Below are positions 54,193 through 63,834 of a DNA stretch of 63,992 bases, piece by piece. Below the pieces are notes generated by a model, which saw only the letters and a list, made by a program, of their open reading frames with translations, was not told the DNA's origin and made no database searches. Numbering within the stretch: position 1 is the stretch's first letter; the number at the start of each line of letters is the position of its first letter. This DNA is from Burkholderiales bacterium. GTDB taxonomy: Bacteria > Pseudomonadota > Gammaproteobacteria > Burkholderiales > Thiobacteraceae. The position numbers and the translations under genes are program-made. Location: contig JAUXTZ010000043.1 of the NCBI GenBank assembly GCA_030681095.1, forward strand, positions 1 to 63,992. Reading direction: 5' to 3'.

Positions 54193-56193
54193 ATGCCAAC
54201 CAGGGGTGCGACTGGCATTTTGTTCGGACAGATTGTTGTGGTGCTGGGTGTCACCCTCGGCGGCGTCTGGGCGGGCACGCAATGGACGGCGCATGCGCTG
54301 GGCCACCAGACCCGGCTGGGTCAACCCTGGTTCGACGTTTCTGGCGTGCCTGTTTATGAACCCTGGAAGCTGTTCGAATGGTGGTACTTCTACGGTGCCT
54401 ACACACCCAAGATATTTGAGCGCGGCGGGATCATCGCCGCTTCGAGCGGGATGCTCGCCACCGGTGCAGCCATCGGCATGGCGGTGTGGCGTTCGCGGTT
54501 GGCCAAGCAGGTCACGACCTACGGGTCCGCTCGATGGGCCGAGCGGGAGGAGATTGCCAAGGCCGGCCTGACCCAGCCCGCCGGTGTGTTCCTTGGCAAG
54601 ACCGCGCACAAGGATACCGACTACCTGCGCCACGAAGGTCCGGAACATGTGATGGCTTTTGCCCCGACGCGCTCCGGCAAGGGTGTGGGCTTGGTCGTGC
54701 CTTCGTTGCTGTCCTGGCCGGGCTCGGCGGTGATCCACGACATCAAAGGTGAAAACTGGAACCTCACCGCCGGATGGCGCTCGCGGTTCTCGCATTGCCT
54801 GCTGTTCAACCCGACCGACGCCAAATCGGCCGCGTACAACCCGCTGCTCGAAGTGCGGCGCGGCATGCACGAAGTGCGGGACGTGCAGAACATCGCCGAC
54901 ATCCTGGTCGACCCCGAAGGGGCGCTGGAGCGGCGCAACCACTGGGAGAAGACCAGCCATGCCCTGCTGGTCGGTGCCATCCTGCACGTGCTCTACGCCG
55001 GCGACGACAAGACGCTGCGCGGCGTGGCCAACTTCCTGTCCGATCCGGCGTGCCCATTCGAGGTGACGCTGCACCGGATGATGACCACCGGACATCTGGG
55101 CGAAGAGGTCCATCCGGTCGTCGCTTCTGCAGCGCGCGAAGTGCTCAACAAAAGCGACAACGAGCGTTCGGGTGTGCTGTCGACCGCCATGAGCTTCCTG
55201 GGCCTGTACCGCGACCCCACGGTCGCCGAAGTCACCTCGCGCTGCGACTGGCGCATCGCCGACCTGATCTCGGCCGCAAACCCGGTGTCGCTCTACCTGG
55301 TCGTGCCGCCCTCGGACATCAGCCGCACCAAGCCACTGATTCGCTTGATTCTCAACCAGGTCGGCCGGCGACTGACCGAGTCACTGGACGGCTCGGACGG
55401 CATCGCACGCAAGCACAAGCTGCTCCTGATGCTCGACGAGTTTCCGGCGCTGGGCCGACTGGACTTCTTCGAGTCGGCCTTGGCGTTCATGGCCGGCTAC
55501 GGCCTGCGGGCCTTCCTGATCGCACAGTCGCTCAACCAGATCGACAAGGCCTACGGCCAGAACCATTCCATTCTGGACAATTGCCACGTGCGTATCGCGT
55601 TCGCGACGAACGATGAGCGCACGGCCAAGCGCATCTCCGAGGCGCTTGGGACGGCGACCGAACTGCGCGCCCAGCGCAACTACGCGGGCCACCGGCTCGC
55701 GCCCTGGCTCGGCCACCTGATGGTGTCGCGCCAGGAGACGGCCCGGCCGCTGCTCACGCCGGGCGAAGTGATGCAACTGCCGCCGGACGATGCCGTGGTG
55801 ATGGTCTCGGGCCATCCGCCCATCAAGGCGAAGAAGCTACGGTATTACCAAGACAGGAACTTCACGACGCGCGTCCTGCCTGCGCCGGTGCTGACTGCTG
55901 GCAGCTATGTGGATCGGCCTGCCGTTCGTCTTGACGACTGGAGCGGGCTCACCGCGCCGGCGTCCGCGCTTCCCTTAGCCAGTGACGTCGGAGGCATCGC
56001 CGACGAGGGCGGTCACCAGCTCAAGCCCGAGCTGGATGTCGCCGCCGATGCGCCGTCGCTTCCAGACGCCGACGGCCTGTTGGTGCTCGACGACGAAGAC
56101 GACGCGCCGCTGCGGCCGCAGGACGTGAATCGGCAGCTGATGCGCACCGCGCGTCTGGCCGCACTGGACCCTGATGACGGGATCGCGCTATGA
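54193..56193 (+). CDS. traG: conjugal transfer coupling protein TraG (VirD4 family)
   Basis: N-terminal TM segments, Walker A APTRSGKGVGLVVPS, Walker B LLMLDEFPALGRL. GAAGGAG RBS. Confidence 0.9.
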   Translation: MPTRGATGILFGQIVVVLGVTLGGVWAGTQWTAHALGHQTRLGQPWFDVSGVPVYEPWKLFEWWYFYGAYTPKIFERGGIIAASSGMLATGAAIGMAVWRSRLAKQVTTYGSARWAEREEIAKAGLTQPAGVFLGKTAHKDTDYLRHEGPEHVMAFAPTRSGKGVGLVVPSLLSWPGSAVIHDIKGENWNLTAGWRSRFSHCLLFNPTDAKSAAYNPLLEVRRGMHEVRDVQNIADILVDPEGALERRNHWEKTSHALLVGAILHVLYAGDDKTLRGVANFLSDPACPFEVTLHRMMTTGHLGEEVHPVVASAAREVLNKSDNERSGVLSTAMSFLGLYRDPTVAEVTSRCDWRIADLISAANPVSLYLVVPPSDISRTKPLIRLILNQVGRRLTESLDGSDGIARKHKLLLMLDEFPALGRLDFFESALAFMAGYGLRAFLIAQSLNQIDKAYGQNHSILDNCHVRIAFATNDERTAKRISEALGTATELRAQRNYAGHRLAPWLGHLMVSRQETARPLLTPGEVMQLPPDDAVVMVSGHPPIKAKKLRYYQDRNFTTRVLPAPVLTAGSYVDRPAVRLDDWSGLTAPASALPLASDVGGIADEGGHQLKPELDVAADAPSLPDADGLLVLDDEDDAPLRPQDVNRQLMRTARLAALDPDDGIAL

Positions 56194-56669
56194 CTCGCGC
56201 CCGCCTGAACATCTTCATCGAGCCGGAGCATGCGAAGCGGCTGGACCAGGTTGCGACGCACAAGGGCGTGTCGAAGTCCGCCGTGATCGCCGCCGCGCTG
56301 GCCTCGTTCCTTTCGCCGGACGGCGAGGACCAGCGCGAGGCGGCCATCGCCAAGCGCCTGGACCGGCTCTCACGCCAGTTCGACCGCCTGGAGCGTGACC
56401 AGAACGTGCTGATTGAGACGACAGCCCTCTACGTCCGTTATTTCCTGACGGTCTCGATCCCTGTGCCCGAGGGTCAGCAGGAGGCGGCTCGCGCGCAGGG
56501 CCGAGGCCGCTACCTGCAGTTCATCGAACAGCTCGCGCGCCACATTCAGCGCGGGCGCAGCTTGGTGCGTGAAGTGCACGAGGACATTCCGCCCGCCGAA
56601 TCCGCGCGAGCCGGCGCCCAAGCTGGGTCAGGCACCGACCCACAGGAGGTTCTTCGTGAAGCTGCCTGA
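56190..56669 (+). CDS. CopG/ribbon-helix-helix family protein
   Basis: MTRARLNIFIEPEHAKRLDQVATHKGVSKSAVIAAALASFL is an RHH N-terminus. ATGA overlap with traG. Confidence 0.75.
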   Translation: MTRARLNIFIEPEHAKRLDQVATHKGVSKSAVIAAALASFLSPDGEDQREAAIAKRLDRLSRQFDRLERDQNVLIETTALYVRYFLTVSIPVPEGQQEAARAQGRGRYLQFIEQLARHIQRGRSLVREVHEDIPPAESARAGAQAGSGTDPQEVLREAA

Positions 56670-57672
56670 GCCGAACGCCGTGGACACCTCGCTGGAGCGG
56701 CGTATCCGCATGCTGCGCACGGCCATGGGCCCGGAGATCGCGGCAGCGTTGGAGGACCCGGAAGTCGTCGAAGTCCTGCTGAACCCGGACGGTTCTCTCT
56801 GGGTGGACCGGCTGGGTACGGGCCGCGAAGCCACCGGAGCGGCCCTACCGCCGGCCGTCGCCGAGCGAATCATCCGGTTGGTGGCTGCGCACGTGCGCAC
56901 CGAGGTACATGCGGGCGCGCCGATCCTGTCAGCCGAGTTGCCCGAGACGGGCGAACGCTTCCTGGGCGTGTTGCCGCCCGTCGTGCGCGCGCCGTCCTTT
57001 GCGATCCGCAAGCGGGCGCTGCGCGCCATGACGCTGGCCCACTATGTCGCCGATGGTGTCATGACCGAGGACCAGGCGGCGGTCCTGCGCCTCGCGGTAC
57101 GTGAGCGCCTGAACATCGTCATCGCGGGCGGCACTAGCACCGGCAAGACGACGCTGGCCAATGCCTTGCTCGACGAAATCGCCGAGACGCGCGACCGTGT
57201 GCTGATCCTCGAAGACACGGTGGAGTTGCAGTGCCGCTCTGACGACCACGTGGGCATGCGCACCGAGCCGGGCGTGAGCACCATGGCCGACTTGGTGCGC
57301 GCCACGTTGCGGCTTCGACCCGACCGCATCGTCGTTGGCGAGGTGCGCGGCTCCGAGGCACTCGACCTGCTCAAGGCCTGGGGCACCGGGCATCCCGGCG
57401 GCATCGCGACCGTGCATGCGGGCTCCGCGCACGGTGCGCTCACGCGATTGGAGCAGTTGGTGCAGGAGGTCAGCGTGACCGTCCCGCGCGCCCTGATCGC
57501 TGAGGCGGTCAACGTCATCGTCTTCATCGCCGGCCGCGGCCGTGCGCGCCGCGTGCGCGAGATCGCGCGCGTCATCGGCCATGACAGCCACGGCTACCAG
57601 CTCGATACCGAGCTGTCTTCCTTCCCGCCGCTTCCTCCGTCCAACCCTTCCTCCACAGGAGATCCTTCATGA
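56656..57672 (+). CDS. trbB: P-type conjugative transfer ATPase TrbB (VirB11 family)
   Basis: Walker A GGTSTGKTTLANALL, VGEVRG, HPG motifs. Start proposed at GTG 56656, 6 nt after AGGAGG (uncertain). Confidence 0.85.
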   Translation: MKLPEPNAVDTSLERRIRMLRTAMGPEIAAALEDPEVVEVLLNPDGSLWVDRLGTGREATGAALPPAVAERIIRLVAAHVRTEVHAGAPILSAELPETGERFLGVLPPVVRAPSFAIRKRALRAMTLAHYVADGVMTEDQAAVLRLAVRERLNIVIAGGTSTGKTTLANALLDEIAETRDRVLILEDTVELQCRSDDHVGMRTEPGVSTMADLVRATLRLRPDRIVVGEVRGSEALDLLKAWGTGHPGGIATVHAGSAHGALTRLEQLVQEVSVTVPRALIAEAVNVIVFIAGRGRARRVREIARVIGHDSHGYQLDTELSSFPPLPPSNPSSTGDPS

Positions 57673-58001
57673 CGACTTCACGCCTTTCCGTAAAACCGCT
57701 TCTGTACGTCGCCGCCGCAGCGGCGCTGCTGCTGACCGTGGCACTGCCCGCGCACGCAGCAGGCTCGAACATGCCTTGGGAGGCGCCGCTGCAGTCGGTT
57801 CTCGAATCCGTCCAAGGACCAGTTGCACGGATCATCGCGGTGATCGTCATCATCTCGACCGGCCTCGCGCTGGCCTTCGGCGACACCAGCGGAGGCTTTC
57901 GCAAGCTGATCCAGATCGTGTTCGGCCTGTCGATCGCGTTTGCGGCATCCAGCTTCTTCCTGACCTTCTTCAGCTTCACGGGTGGGGCGGTGCTGGCATG
58001 A
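57669..58001 (+). CDS. trbC: TrbC/VirB2-family pilin
   Basis: 110 aa with a signal sequence and two hydrophobic helices. ATGA coupling to trbB and trbD. Confidence 0.8.
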   Translation: MTTSRLSVKPLLYVAAAAALLLTVALPAHAAGSNMPWEAPLQSVLESVQGPVARIIAVIVIISTGLALAFGDTSGGFRKLIQIVFGLSIAFAASSFFLTFFSFTGGAVLA

Positions 58002-58267
58002 GCGCGACCGGGACCATCGCCGGCTTCGAAGTGCCGCTGCACCGGTCGCTGACCGAACCGATCCTGCTGGGCGGTGCCCCTCGTACCGTGGCGATTGCCA
58101 ACGGCACGCTGGCCGCCGCGGTCGGATTGGGCCTGCAGCTCTGGCTGCCCGGCCTCGTGCTGTGGATCGTCGGGCATTCGCTCGCCGTCTGGGGTGCGCG
58201 CCTGGACCCGCAGTTCATGCGGGTCTTCTCGCGGCACATCAAGCACCGGCAGCTGCTGGACGTGTGA
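57998..58267 (+). CDS. trbD: conjugal transfer protein TrbD (VirB3 family)
   Basis: MSATGTIAGFEVPLHRSLTEPILLGGAPR is the canonical TrbD N-terminus. Start refined within the longer track ORF. Confidence 0.85.
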   Translation: MSATGTIAGFEVPLHRSLTEPILLGGAPRTVAIANGTLAAAVGLGLQLWLPGLVLWIVGHSLAVWGARLDPQFMRVFSRHIKHRQLLDV

Positions 58268-58274
58268 GGTCACG

Positions 58275-60713
58275 ATGTTGAACCTCACCGAATACCGCAA
58301 GCGCCCCGCGCTGCTGGCCGACTGGCTACCGTGGGCCGGACTGGTGGCGCCGGGCGTCGTGCTCAACAAAGACGGCTCGTTCCAGCGTACGGCGCGGTTC
58401 CGAGGCCCGGACCTGGACAGTGCGACACAGGGTGAACTGGTCGCCACGTCGGCGAGGCTCAACAACGCGCTGCGGCGTCTCGGCTCAGGCTGGGCCTTGT
58501 TCGTCGATGCCGAGCGGCGTGAAGCGGCCGACTATCCGGAGTCCATCTTCCCGGAGCCGCTGTCCTGGCTGGTCGACGAAGAACGCCGTGCCGCTTTCGA
58601 GGAGGACGCCAGTCACTTCGAAAGCAGCTACCACCTGACACTGCTGTACCTGCCGCCCGAGGAATCGACGGCCCGCGCCGCCCGGCTGCTCTACGAGAAC
58701 AACCGCACCGAAGGAGTGGACTGGCGTGAGCGGCTTGAAGCCTTCGTCTCCGAGACCGAACGCTTCTTCGGCCTGCTCGAAGGCGTGATGCCGGAAATCT
58801 CGTGGCTCAACGATGCGCAGACCCTGACCTACCTGCACGGCTGCGTGTCAACGCATCGGCATGCGGTGGCCGTGCCCGAGGTAGCCATGCACCTGGATGC
58901 GCTGCTGGCCGATCAACCGCTGGTGGGCGGCCTGGCACCGATGCTTGGGAACCATCACATGCGTGTTCTGTCGGTGCGCGGGTTCCCAACCTCGACCTGG
59001 CCGGGATTATTGGATGACCTGAACCGATTGGGCTTCGCCTACCGTTGGAGCACGCGCTTCCTTTGCCTGGACAAGGCTGAGTCGGAGAAGGAACTGCGTC
59101 GCTTGCGCCGCCAGTGGTTCGCCAAGCGCAAGAACATCGTCGCGCTACTGCGCGAAACCATCTTCCAGCAGGAAAGCCCGCTGGTGGACTCGGATGCGTC
59201 CAACAAGGCATCGGACGCCGACGCGGCGCTGCAGGAGCTGGGCGGCGACCAGGTGGCCTTCGGCTACGTTACGGCCACAGTGACCGTACTCGACGCCGAC
59301 GCGACGGCGGCCGACGAAAAGCTGCGTGCCGTGGAGCGGGCCATCCAGGGTCGCGGCTTCGTCACCATTCCCGAGACCCTGAATGCGGTTGACGCATGGC
59401 TGTCGTCGGTGCCGGGCCACGCCTACGCCAACGTCCGCCAGCCCATCGTCTCGACGCTGAACCTCGCGCACATGATGCCGGTGTCGGCCGTGTGGGCCGG
59501 GCCGGAGCGCAATGCGCATCTTGATGGTCCACCGTTGATCGTCACCCGCACCGATGGGGCCACGCCGTTCCGTCTGGTCACGCACATCGGCGACGTGGGC
59601 CACACGCTGGTTGTGGGACCGACCGGGATGGGCAAATCAGTGTTGCTCGCCACGCTGGCGATGCAGTTCCGCCGCTACCCGGGCTCGCGCATCTTCGCTT
59701 TTGACATGGGGCGTTCGATGCGTGCCACGATCCTCGGACTCGGTGGTGAACACTACGACCTTGGTAGCGAGGGTGCCATTGTGTTCCAGCCGCTGGCGCG
59801 CATCGACCAGCACGGCTACCGAACCTGGGCGGCCGAATGGATCGAAGGACGGTTGCTGCAGGAAGGCGTGGTTGTGGGTCCCCCCGAGAAGGATGCCGTC
59901 TGGTCCGCGCTCAATAGCCTGGCCAGCGCGCCCGTCGAACAGCGAACCATGACCGGGCTGTCGGTGCTGCTGCAGTCCAACGCCTTGCGGCAGGCCCTGC
60001 AGCCCTACGTGCTCGGCGGCGCCCACGGCAAGCTGCTCGATGCGGACGCGGACAGGCTCGGCGCTGCCACCGTGCAGGGCTTCGAGATGGAAGAGCTGAT
60101 GCACAGCAAGGCCGCCGTACTGGCGGTGCTCGGCTACCTGTTCGCTCGCTTCGACGAACGATTCGATGGCGCGCCGACTTTGCTGATCCTCGATGAGGCC
60201 TGGTTGTTCCTGGACGAACCGGTGTTCGCCTCGCGCATTCGCCAGTGGCTCAAAGCGCTGCGCAAGAAGAACGTCTCGGTGATCTTCGCCACGCAGTCGC
60301 TCGCGGACATCAAGGATTCGACCATCGCGCCGGCCATCGTGGAGAGCTGCGCGAGCCGCATCTTCCTGCCGAACCCGCAGGCGGCCGAGCCTCAGATTCG
60401 GGTGATCTACGAAGGCTTCGGACTGAACAGCCGGCAGATCGAGATCGTCGCAACCGCACAGCCCAAGCGGGATTACTACTACCAGTCGCGGCTGGGCAAT
60501 CGCGTCTTCGACCTCGGGCTTGGGCCGGTGGCGCTGGCCTTCGCCGGTGCGTCCACGCCCGAAGACCAACGGGCCATCGACGCCGTGTCCGCTGCCAGCA
60601 ACTCCCCAGACTTCGCCGCGGCTTGGCTTCGACATCGCGGCCTTGATTGGGCCGCCAACCTCATCCCCTCGTTTCCGTCCATTCCGTCATCACCACAGGA
60701 GAACTCGCCATGA
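58275..60713 (+). CDS. trbE: conjugal transfer ATPase TrbE (VirB4 family)
   Basis: MLNLTEYRKRPALLADWLPWAG N-terminus, Walker A GPTGMGKSVL, Walker B LLILDEAW. Start refined to ATG 58275. Confidence 0.9.
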   Translation: MLNLTEYRKRPALLADWLPWAGLVAPGVVLNKDGSFQRTARFRGPDLDSATQGELVATSARLNNALRRLGSGWALFVDAERREAADYPESIFPEPLSWLVDEERRAAFEEDASHFESSYHLTLLYLPPEESTARAARLLYENNRTEGVDWRERLEAFVSETERFFGLLEGVMPEISWLNDAQTLTYLHGCVSTHRHAVAVPEVAMHLDALLADQPLVGGLAPMLGNHHMRVLSVRGFPTSTWPGLLDDLNRLGFAYRWSTRFLCLDKAESEKELRRLRRQWFAKRKNIVALLRETIFQQESPLVDSDASNKASDADAALQELGGDQVAFGYVTATVTVLDADATAADEKLRAVERAIQGRGFVTIPETLNAVDAWLSSVPGHAYANVRQPIVSTLNLAHMMPVSAVWAGPERNAHLDGPPLIVTRTDGATPFRLVTHIGDVGHTLVVGPTGMGKSVLLATLAMQFRRYPGSRIFAFDMGRSMRATILGLGGEHYDLGSEGAIVFQPLARIDQHGYRTWAAEWIEGRLLQEGVVVGPPEKDAVWSALNSLASAPVEQRTMTGLSVLLQSNALRQALQPYVLGGAHGKLLDADADRLGAATVQGFEMEELMHSKAAVLAVLGYLFARFDERFDGAPTLLILDEAWLFLDEPVFASRIRQWLKALRKKNVSVIFATQSLADIKDSTIAPAIVESCASRIFLPNPQAAEPQIRVIYEGFGLNSRQIEIVATAQPKRDYYYQSRLGNRVFDLGLGPVALAFAGASTPEDQRAIDAVSAASNSPDFAAAWLRHRGLDWAANLIPSFPSIPSSPQENSP

Positions 60714-61438
60714 AGAAGCACCTTCTCGCCGCCGTTGCGGCGTCGCTCATCGCGCTTGCGCCCGCCGCCCAGGCGCAATGGGTCGTGATCGACCCGACCA
60801 ATTTGGCGCAGAACATCATGACCGCCGCCAACACCCTTGAGCAGATCAACAACCAGATCAAGCAACTGCAGAACCAGGCGCAGTCGCTGACGAATCAGGC
60901 GCGCAACCTCGCAAGCCTGGATTTCAGCGCGTTGGGCGAGCTGCGGGCCGCCTTGTCGGCGACAAACCAGTTGATCCAGCAGGGCCAGGGCCTGGCCTTC
61001 AATGTCACTCAGATGGAATCGGATTTCCGACGGCTATACCCCGAGTCGTACACGGCGGCGATCTCGGGCACGCAGATGGGGGCTGATGCGCGCACGCGCT
61101 GGACCCATTCGCTCGAAGCACTGCGCACCGCGACCAGGGTGCAGTCGCAGGCGGTGCAGAACTTCACGTCGGATGAGCGGACCTTGACCGACCTGGTGAA
61201 CCGCAGCCAGTCGGCCACCGGCGCCTTGCAGGCGATGCAGGCGACGAACCAGCTTCTCGCTTTGCAGTCGCGCCAGGCCATGCAGGCCCAGCAGCTCCAG
61301 ATCACGCAGGACCGTGCGGCGGCGCTGGAGCAGGCGCGGCAGGTTGCGGTGCAGGAGCGTGCGCGCGAAGTGCGCCGGCGCTTTCAGGGCGACGGCACGC
61401 CGTACACGCCCTACACGGTCAACTTCTACGGCAACTGA
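60710..61438 (+). CDS. trbJ: P-type conjugative transfer protein TrbJ (VirB5-like)
   Basis: Signal peptide MKKHLLAAVAASLIALAPAAQAQWVVIDPTNL, coiled-coil Q-rich body. Overlaps the trbE stop. Confidence 0.85.
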   Translation: MKKHLLAAVAASLIALAPAAQAQWVVIDPTNLAQNIMTAANTLEQINNQIKQLQNQAQSLTNQARNLASLDFSALGELRAALSATNQLIQQGQGLAFNVTQMESDFRRLYPESYTAAISGTQMGADARTRWTHSLEALRTATRVQSQAVQNFTSDERTLTDLVNRSQSATGALQAMQATNQLLALQSRQAMQAQQLQITQDRAAALEQARQVAVQERAREVRRRFQGDGTPYTPYTVNFYGN

Positions 61439-61449
61439 GGGGAGCGACC

Positions 61450-61740
61450 ATGAAACAGTTTCCGAGCTTAATCCTGGCCGCCGTGGCAGCCATGCTACTG
61501 GTCGCTTGCGGCAAGCCCGCACTCATCGAGTCCGTCGAATCGCTGGTGGCCAATCCCGAGCGCCTGAAAGAACTGCGCGCGCAGTGCAAGGCCGACCATG
61601 CCAAGGTCGGCGATGAGCAGTGCAATGCTGTGGCCGAGGCCACGCGCCGGCGCTTCTTCGGCAGCGGTGGGCCGAAACACACGCCGGCAGCGCCGGCGGA
61701 ACCGGCACTGGCGGCTTCAGCACCAGCGCCCAAGGACTGA
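61450..61740 (+). CDS. trbK: entry-exclusion lipoprotein TrbK
   Basis: 96 aa with lipobox LLVAC. Position between trbJ and trbL. Confidence 0.7.
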   Translation: MKQFPSLILAAVAAMLLVACGKPALIESVESLVANPERLKELRAQCKADHAKVGDEQCNAVAEATRRRFFGSGGPKHTPAAPAEPALAASAPAPKD

Positions 61741-61743
61741 TCG

Positions 61744-63111
61744 ATGAATGACCTGTCGGTCATTGACCGCTTCCTCGACGTCTTCTCGCGCTACATCGAT
61801 TCCGGCTTCGGTCTGCTGGGCGGCGAGGTGGGGTTTCTGACCGCCACGCTGGTCGTGATCGACATGACGCTGGCCGGGCTGTTCTGGGCGATGAGCAATG
61901 CCAGCGGCGGTGGTGGCGACGACGTGATCGGCAAGCTGATCAAGAAGGTGCTCTACGTCGGCGCTTTCGCCTTCATCTTGAACAACTTCAACAGTCTGTC
62001 GGGCATTGTGTTCCGGTCCTTCGCGGGGCTCGGGTTGGTGGCGTCGGGTTCGTCGATGACGCAAGGCGAGCTGCTGCAGCCGGGCCGGCTGGCGCGCGTA
62101 GGCGTGGAAGCCGGCGCGCCGATCATGAAGCAGATCAGCGACCTGACGGGGTTTCCAGAGGTGTTTGCCAATCTTGATGTCATCACCGTGCTGTTTCTGG
62201 CTTGGCTTGTGCTGATCGTGAGCTTCTTCGTGCTTGCGGTTCAGCTCTTCGTCACATTGATCGAGTTCAAGCTGACCACGCTCGCAGGCTTCGTGCTGGT
62301 GCCGTTCGCGTTGTGGAACAAGACGGCTTTCTTGGCTGAACGGGTCTTGGGCAATGTGGTGTCTTCGGGCATCAAGGTGCTGGTGCTGGCCGTGATTGTC
62401 GGTATCGGCACAGGCCTGTTTGCCGAGTTCACGGTGCCGCCCGGCACCGAACCGTCCATCGACCACGCGCTGGTCATCATGCTGGCCGCCCTGGCGATGC
62501 TGGGTTTGGGGATCTTCGGGCCGGGCATTGCCACCGGGCTGGTGTCGGGTGCGCCGCAGCTTGGCGCCGGGGCGGCAGCGGGCACGGTGCTGGGTGCTGC
62601 CGGTCTGGCTGTTGCCGGCGGCGCGGCCGTGGCGGGAGCCGCCTCGGCTGTGGCCGCAGGAGCACGCATGGCACCGAGTGCCGCGCGTGCTGCCATCGGC
62701 GGAGGTGCCGCCGCGGCACGGTCTGCCAGTTCGATGGCCAGCGGCGCGAAATCGGCCTACCAGGCTGGTGCCGCCGCTTCGGGCGCAGGCGGCATGCGCG
62801 CGGCCGGTGCCGGTCTGGCCAACGCCGCGCGCAGCGGGGCCAGTGCCTCCGGACAGCGCGTAGCGGCCGGCGCCAAGGCGGTCAAGGACGGCATGGTGAG
62901 CTTCGTTGCGGATGCCGCAGCTCCAGCAGCTTCGAAAGCGGCCGAAGTAAACGGATCTAGCACACCGTCGGCTGAGCCCGCTTGGGCCAAGCAGATGCGC
63001 CGCAAACAACAGATGACGCATGCGGCCACGACGGCTGCGCATGCCTTGCGCTCGGGCGATGCCGGCGGTAGTGGCGCCAGCCCGAGCTTGCGCGACGACT
63101 CAAATTCTTAG
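61744..63111 (+). CDS. trbL: P-type conjugative transfer protein TrbL (VirB6 family)
   Basis: Multi-TM N-terminal two thirds and an Ala/Gly-rich low-complexity tail, typical of TrbL. Confidence 0.85.
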   Translation: MNDLSVIDRFLDVFSRYIDSGFGLLGGEVGFLTATLVVIDMTLAGLFWAMSNASGGGGDDVIGKLIKKVLYVGAFAFILNNFNSLSGIVFRSFAGLGLVASGSSMTQGELLQPGRLARVGVEAGAPIMKQISDLTGFPEVFANLDVITVLFLAWLVLIVSFFVLAVQLFVTLIEFKLTTLAGFVLVPFALWNKTAFLAERVLGNVVSSGIKVLVLAVIVGIGTGLFAEFTVPPGTEPSIDHALVIMLAALAMLGLGIFGPGIATGLVSGAPQLGAGAAAGTVLGAAGLAVAGGAAVAGAASAVAAGARMAPSAARAAIGGGAAAARSASSMASGAKSAYQAGAAASGAGGMRAAGAGLANAARSGASASGQRVAAGAKAVKDGMVSFVADAAAPAASKAAEVNGSSTPSAEPAWAKQMRRKQQMTHAATTAAHALRSGDAGGSGASPSLRDDSNS

Positions 63112-63120
63112 GAGATATCC

Positions 63121-63834
63121 ATGCTATTCAAACGCCCTCAGGTGCGGTACTCGGCGACGCCCGAACCCGTCACTCCCTACCAAGCCGCCGCGCAGGTCTG
63201 GGATCAGCGCATTGGCAGCGCACGCGTGCAGGCCAAGAACTGGCGGCTGATGGCCTTCGGTTGTCTGTCCCTCGCGCTGCTGATGGCCGGCGGCCTCGTG
63301 TGGCGTTCGGCCCAGTCCATCGTCACGCCCTTCGTCGTCGAGGTGGACAACGCCGGCCAGGTGCGCGCGGTGGGCGAAGCCGCCATACCCTACAAGCCCA
63401 ATGACGCGCAGATCGCACACCATCTGGCGCGCTTTGTCACCGATGTGCGCTCGCTCTCCATCGACCCGATCGTGGTGCGCCAGAACTGGCTCGAAGCCTA
63501 TGAATACACGACGGACCGCGGCGCCGCGACGCTGAACGAGTACGCGCGGGCGAACGACCCCTTCTCGCGCATTGGGCAGAGTTCGGTGGCCGTGGAGGTC
63601 ACAAGCGTGGTACGGGCCAGCGACACGTCTTTCCAGGTGCGCTGGATCGAGCGCAGCTATGCCAACGGCTCGCCCTCAGGGACGGAGCGCTGGACGGCCG
63701 TGTTGTCTGTCGTGCTGCAGCCACCGCGCACCGAGCAGCGCTTGCGCAAGAACCCACTGGGTATCTATGTCAACGGCCTGTCCTGGAGCCGTGAACTCGA
63801 AGCCACCGATTCATTGAAAGGAACAAAGCCATGA
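63121..63834 (+). CDS. trbF: conjugal transfer protein TrbF (VirB8 family)
   Basis: 237 aa with a single TM (WRLMAFGCLSLALLMAGGLVW) and a VirB8-like periplasmic domain. Gene order. Confidence 0.85.
   Translation: MLFKRPQVRYSATPEPVTPYQAAAQVWDQRIGSARVQAKNWRLMAFGCLSLALLMAGGLVWRSAQSIVTPFVVEVDNAGQVRAVGEAAIPYKPNDAQIAHHLARFVTDVRSLSIDPIVVRQNWLEAYEYTTDRGAATLNEYARANDPFSRIGQSSVAVEVTSVVRASDTSFQVRWIERSYANGSPSGTERWTAVLSVVLQPPRTEQRLRKNPLGIYVNGLSWSRELEATDSLKGTKP

Noticed and set aside
53915-54199. 94-aa minus-strand ORF in the cargo/traG junction (possible gene remnant)
   Set aside because: It has no motif, start context or homology that I can recognise. It is left unannotated, though the junction deserves a remnant search.
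54094-55113. 339-aa minus-strand ORF antisense to traG
   Set aside because: It is a shadow ORF. The plus strand has TraG/VirD4 motifs.
59637-60635. 332-aa minus-strand ORF antisense to trbE
   Set aside because: It is a shadow ORF. The plus strand has VirB4 Walker motifs and conserved synteny.
62560-63010. Ala/Gly-rich repetitive-looking DNA
   Set aside because: It is the low-complexity C-terminal tail of TrbL read in frame, not a tandem repeat element or a CRISPR array.
61717-63042. 441-aa minus-strand ORF antisense to trbL
   Set aside because: It is a shadow ORF with R/G/H-rich low-complexity composition. The plus strand encodes a typical multi-TM TrbL in conserved trb gene order.
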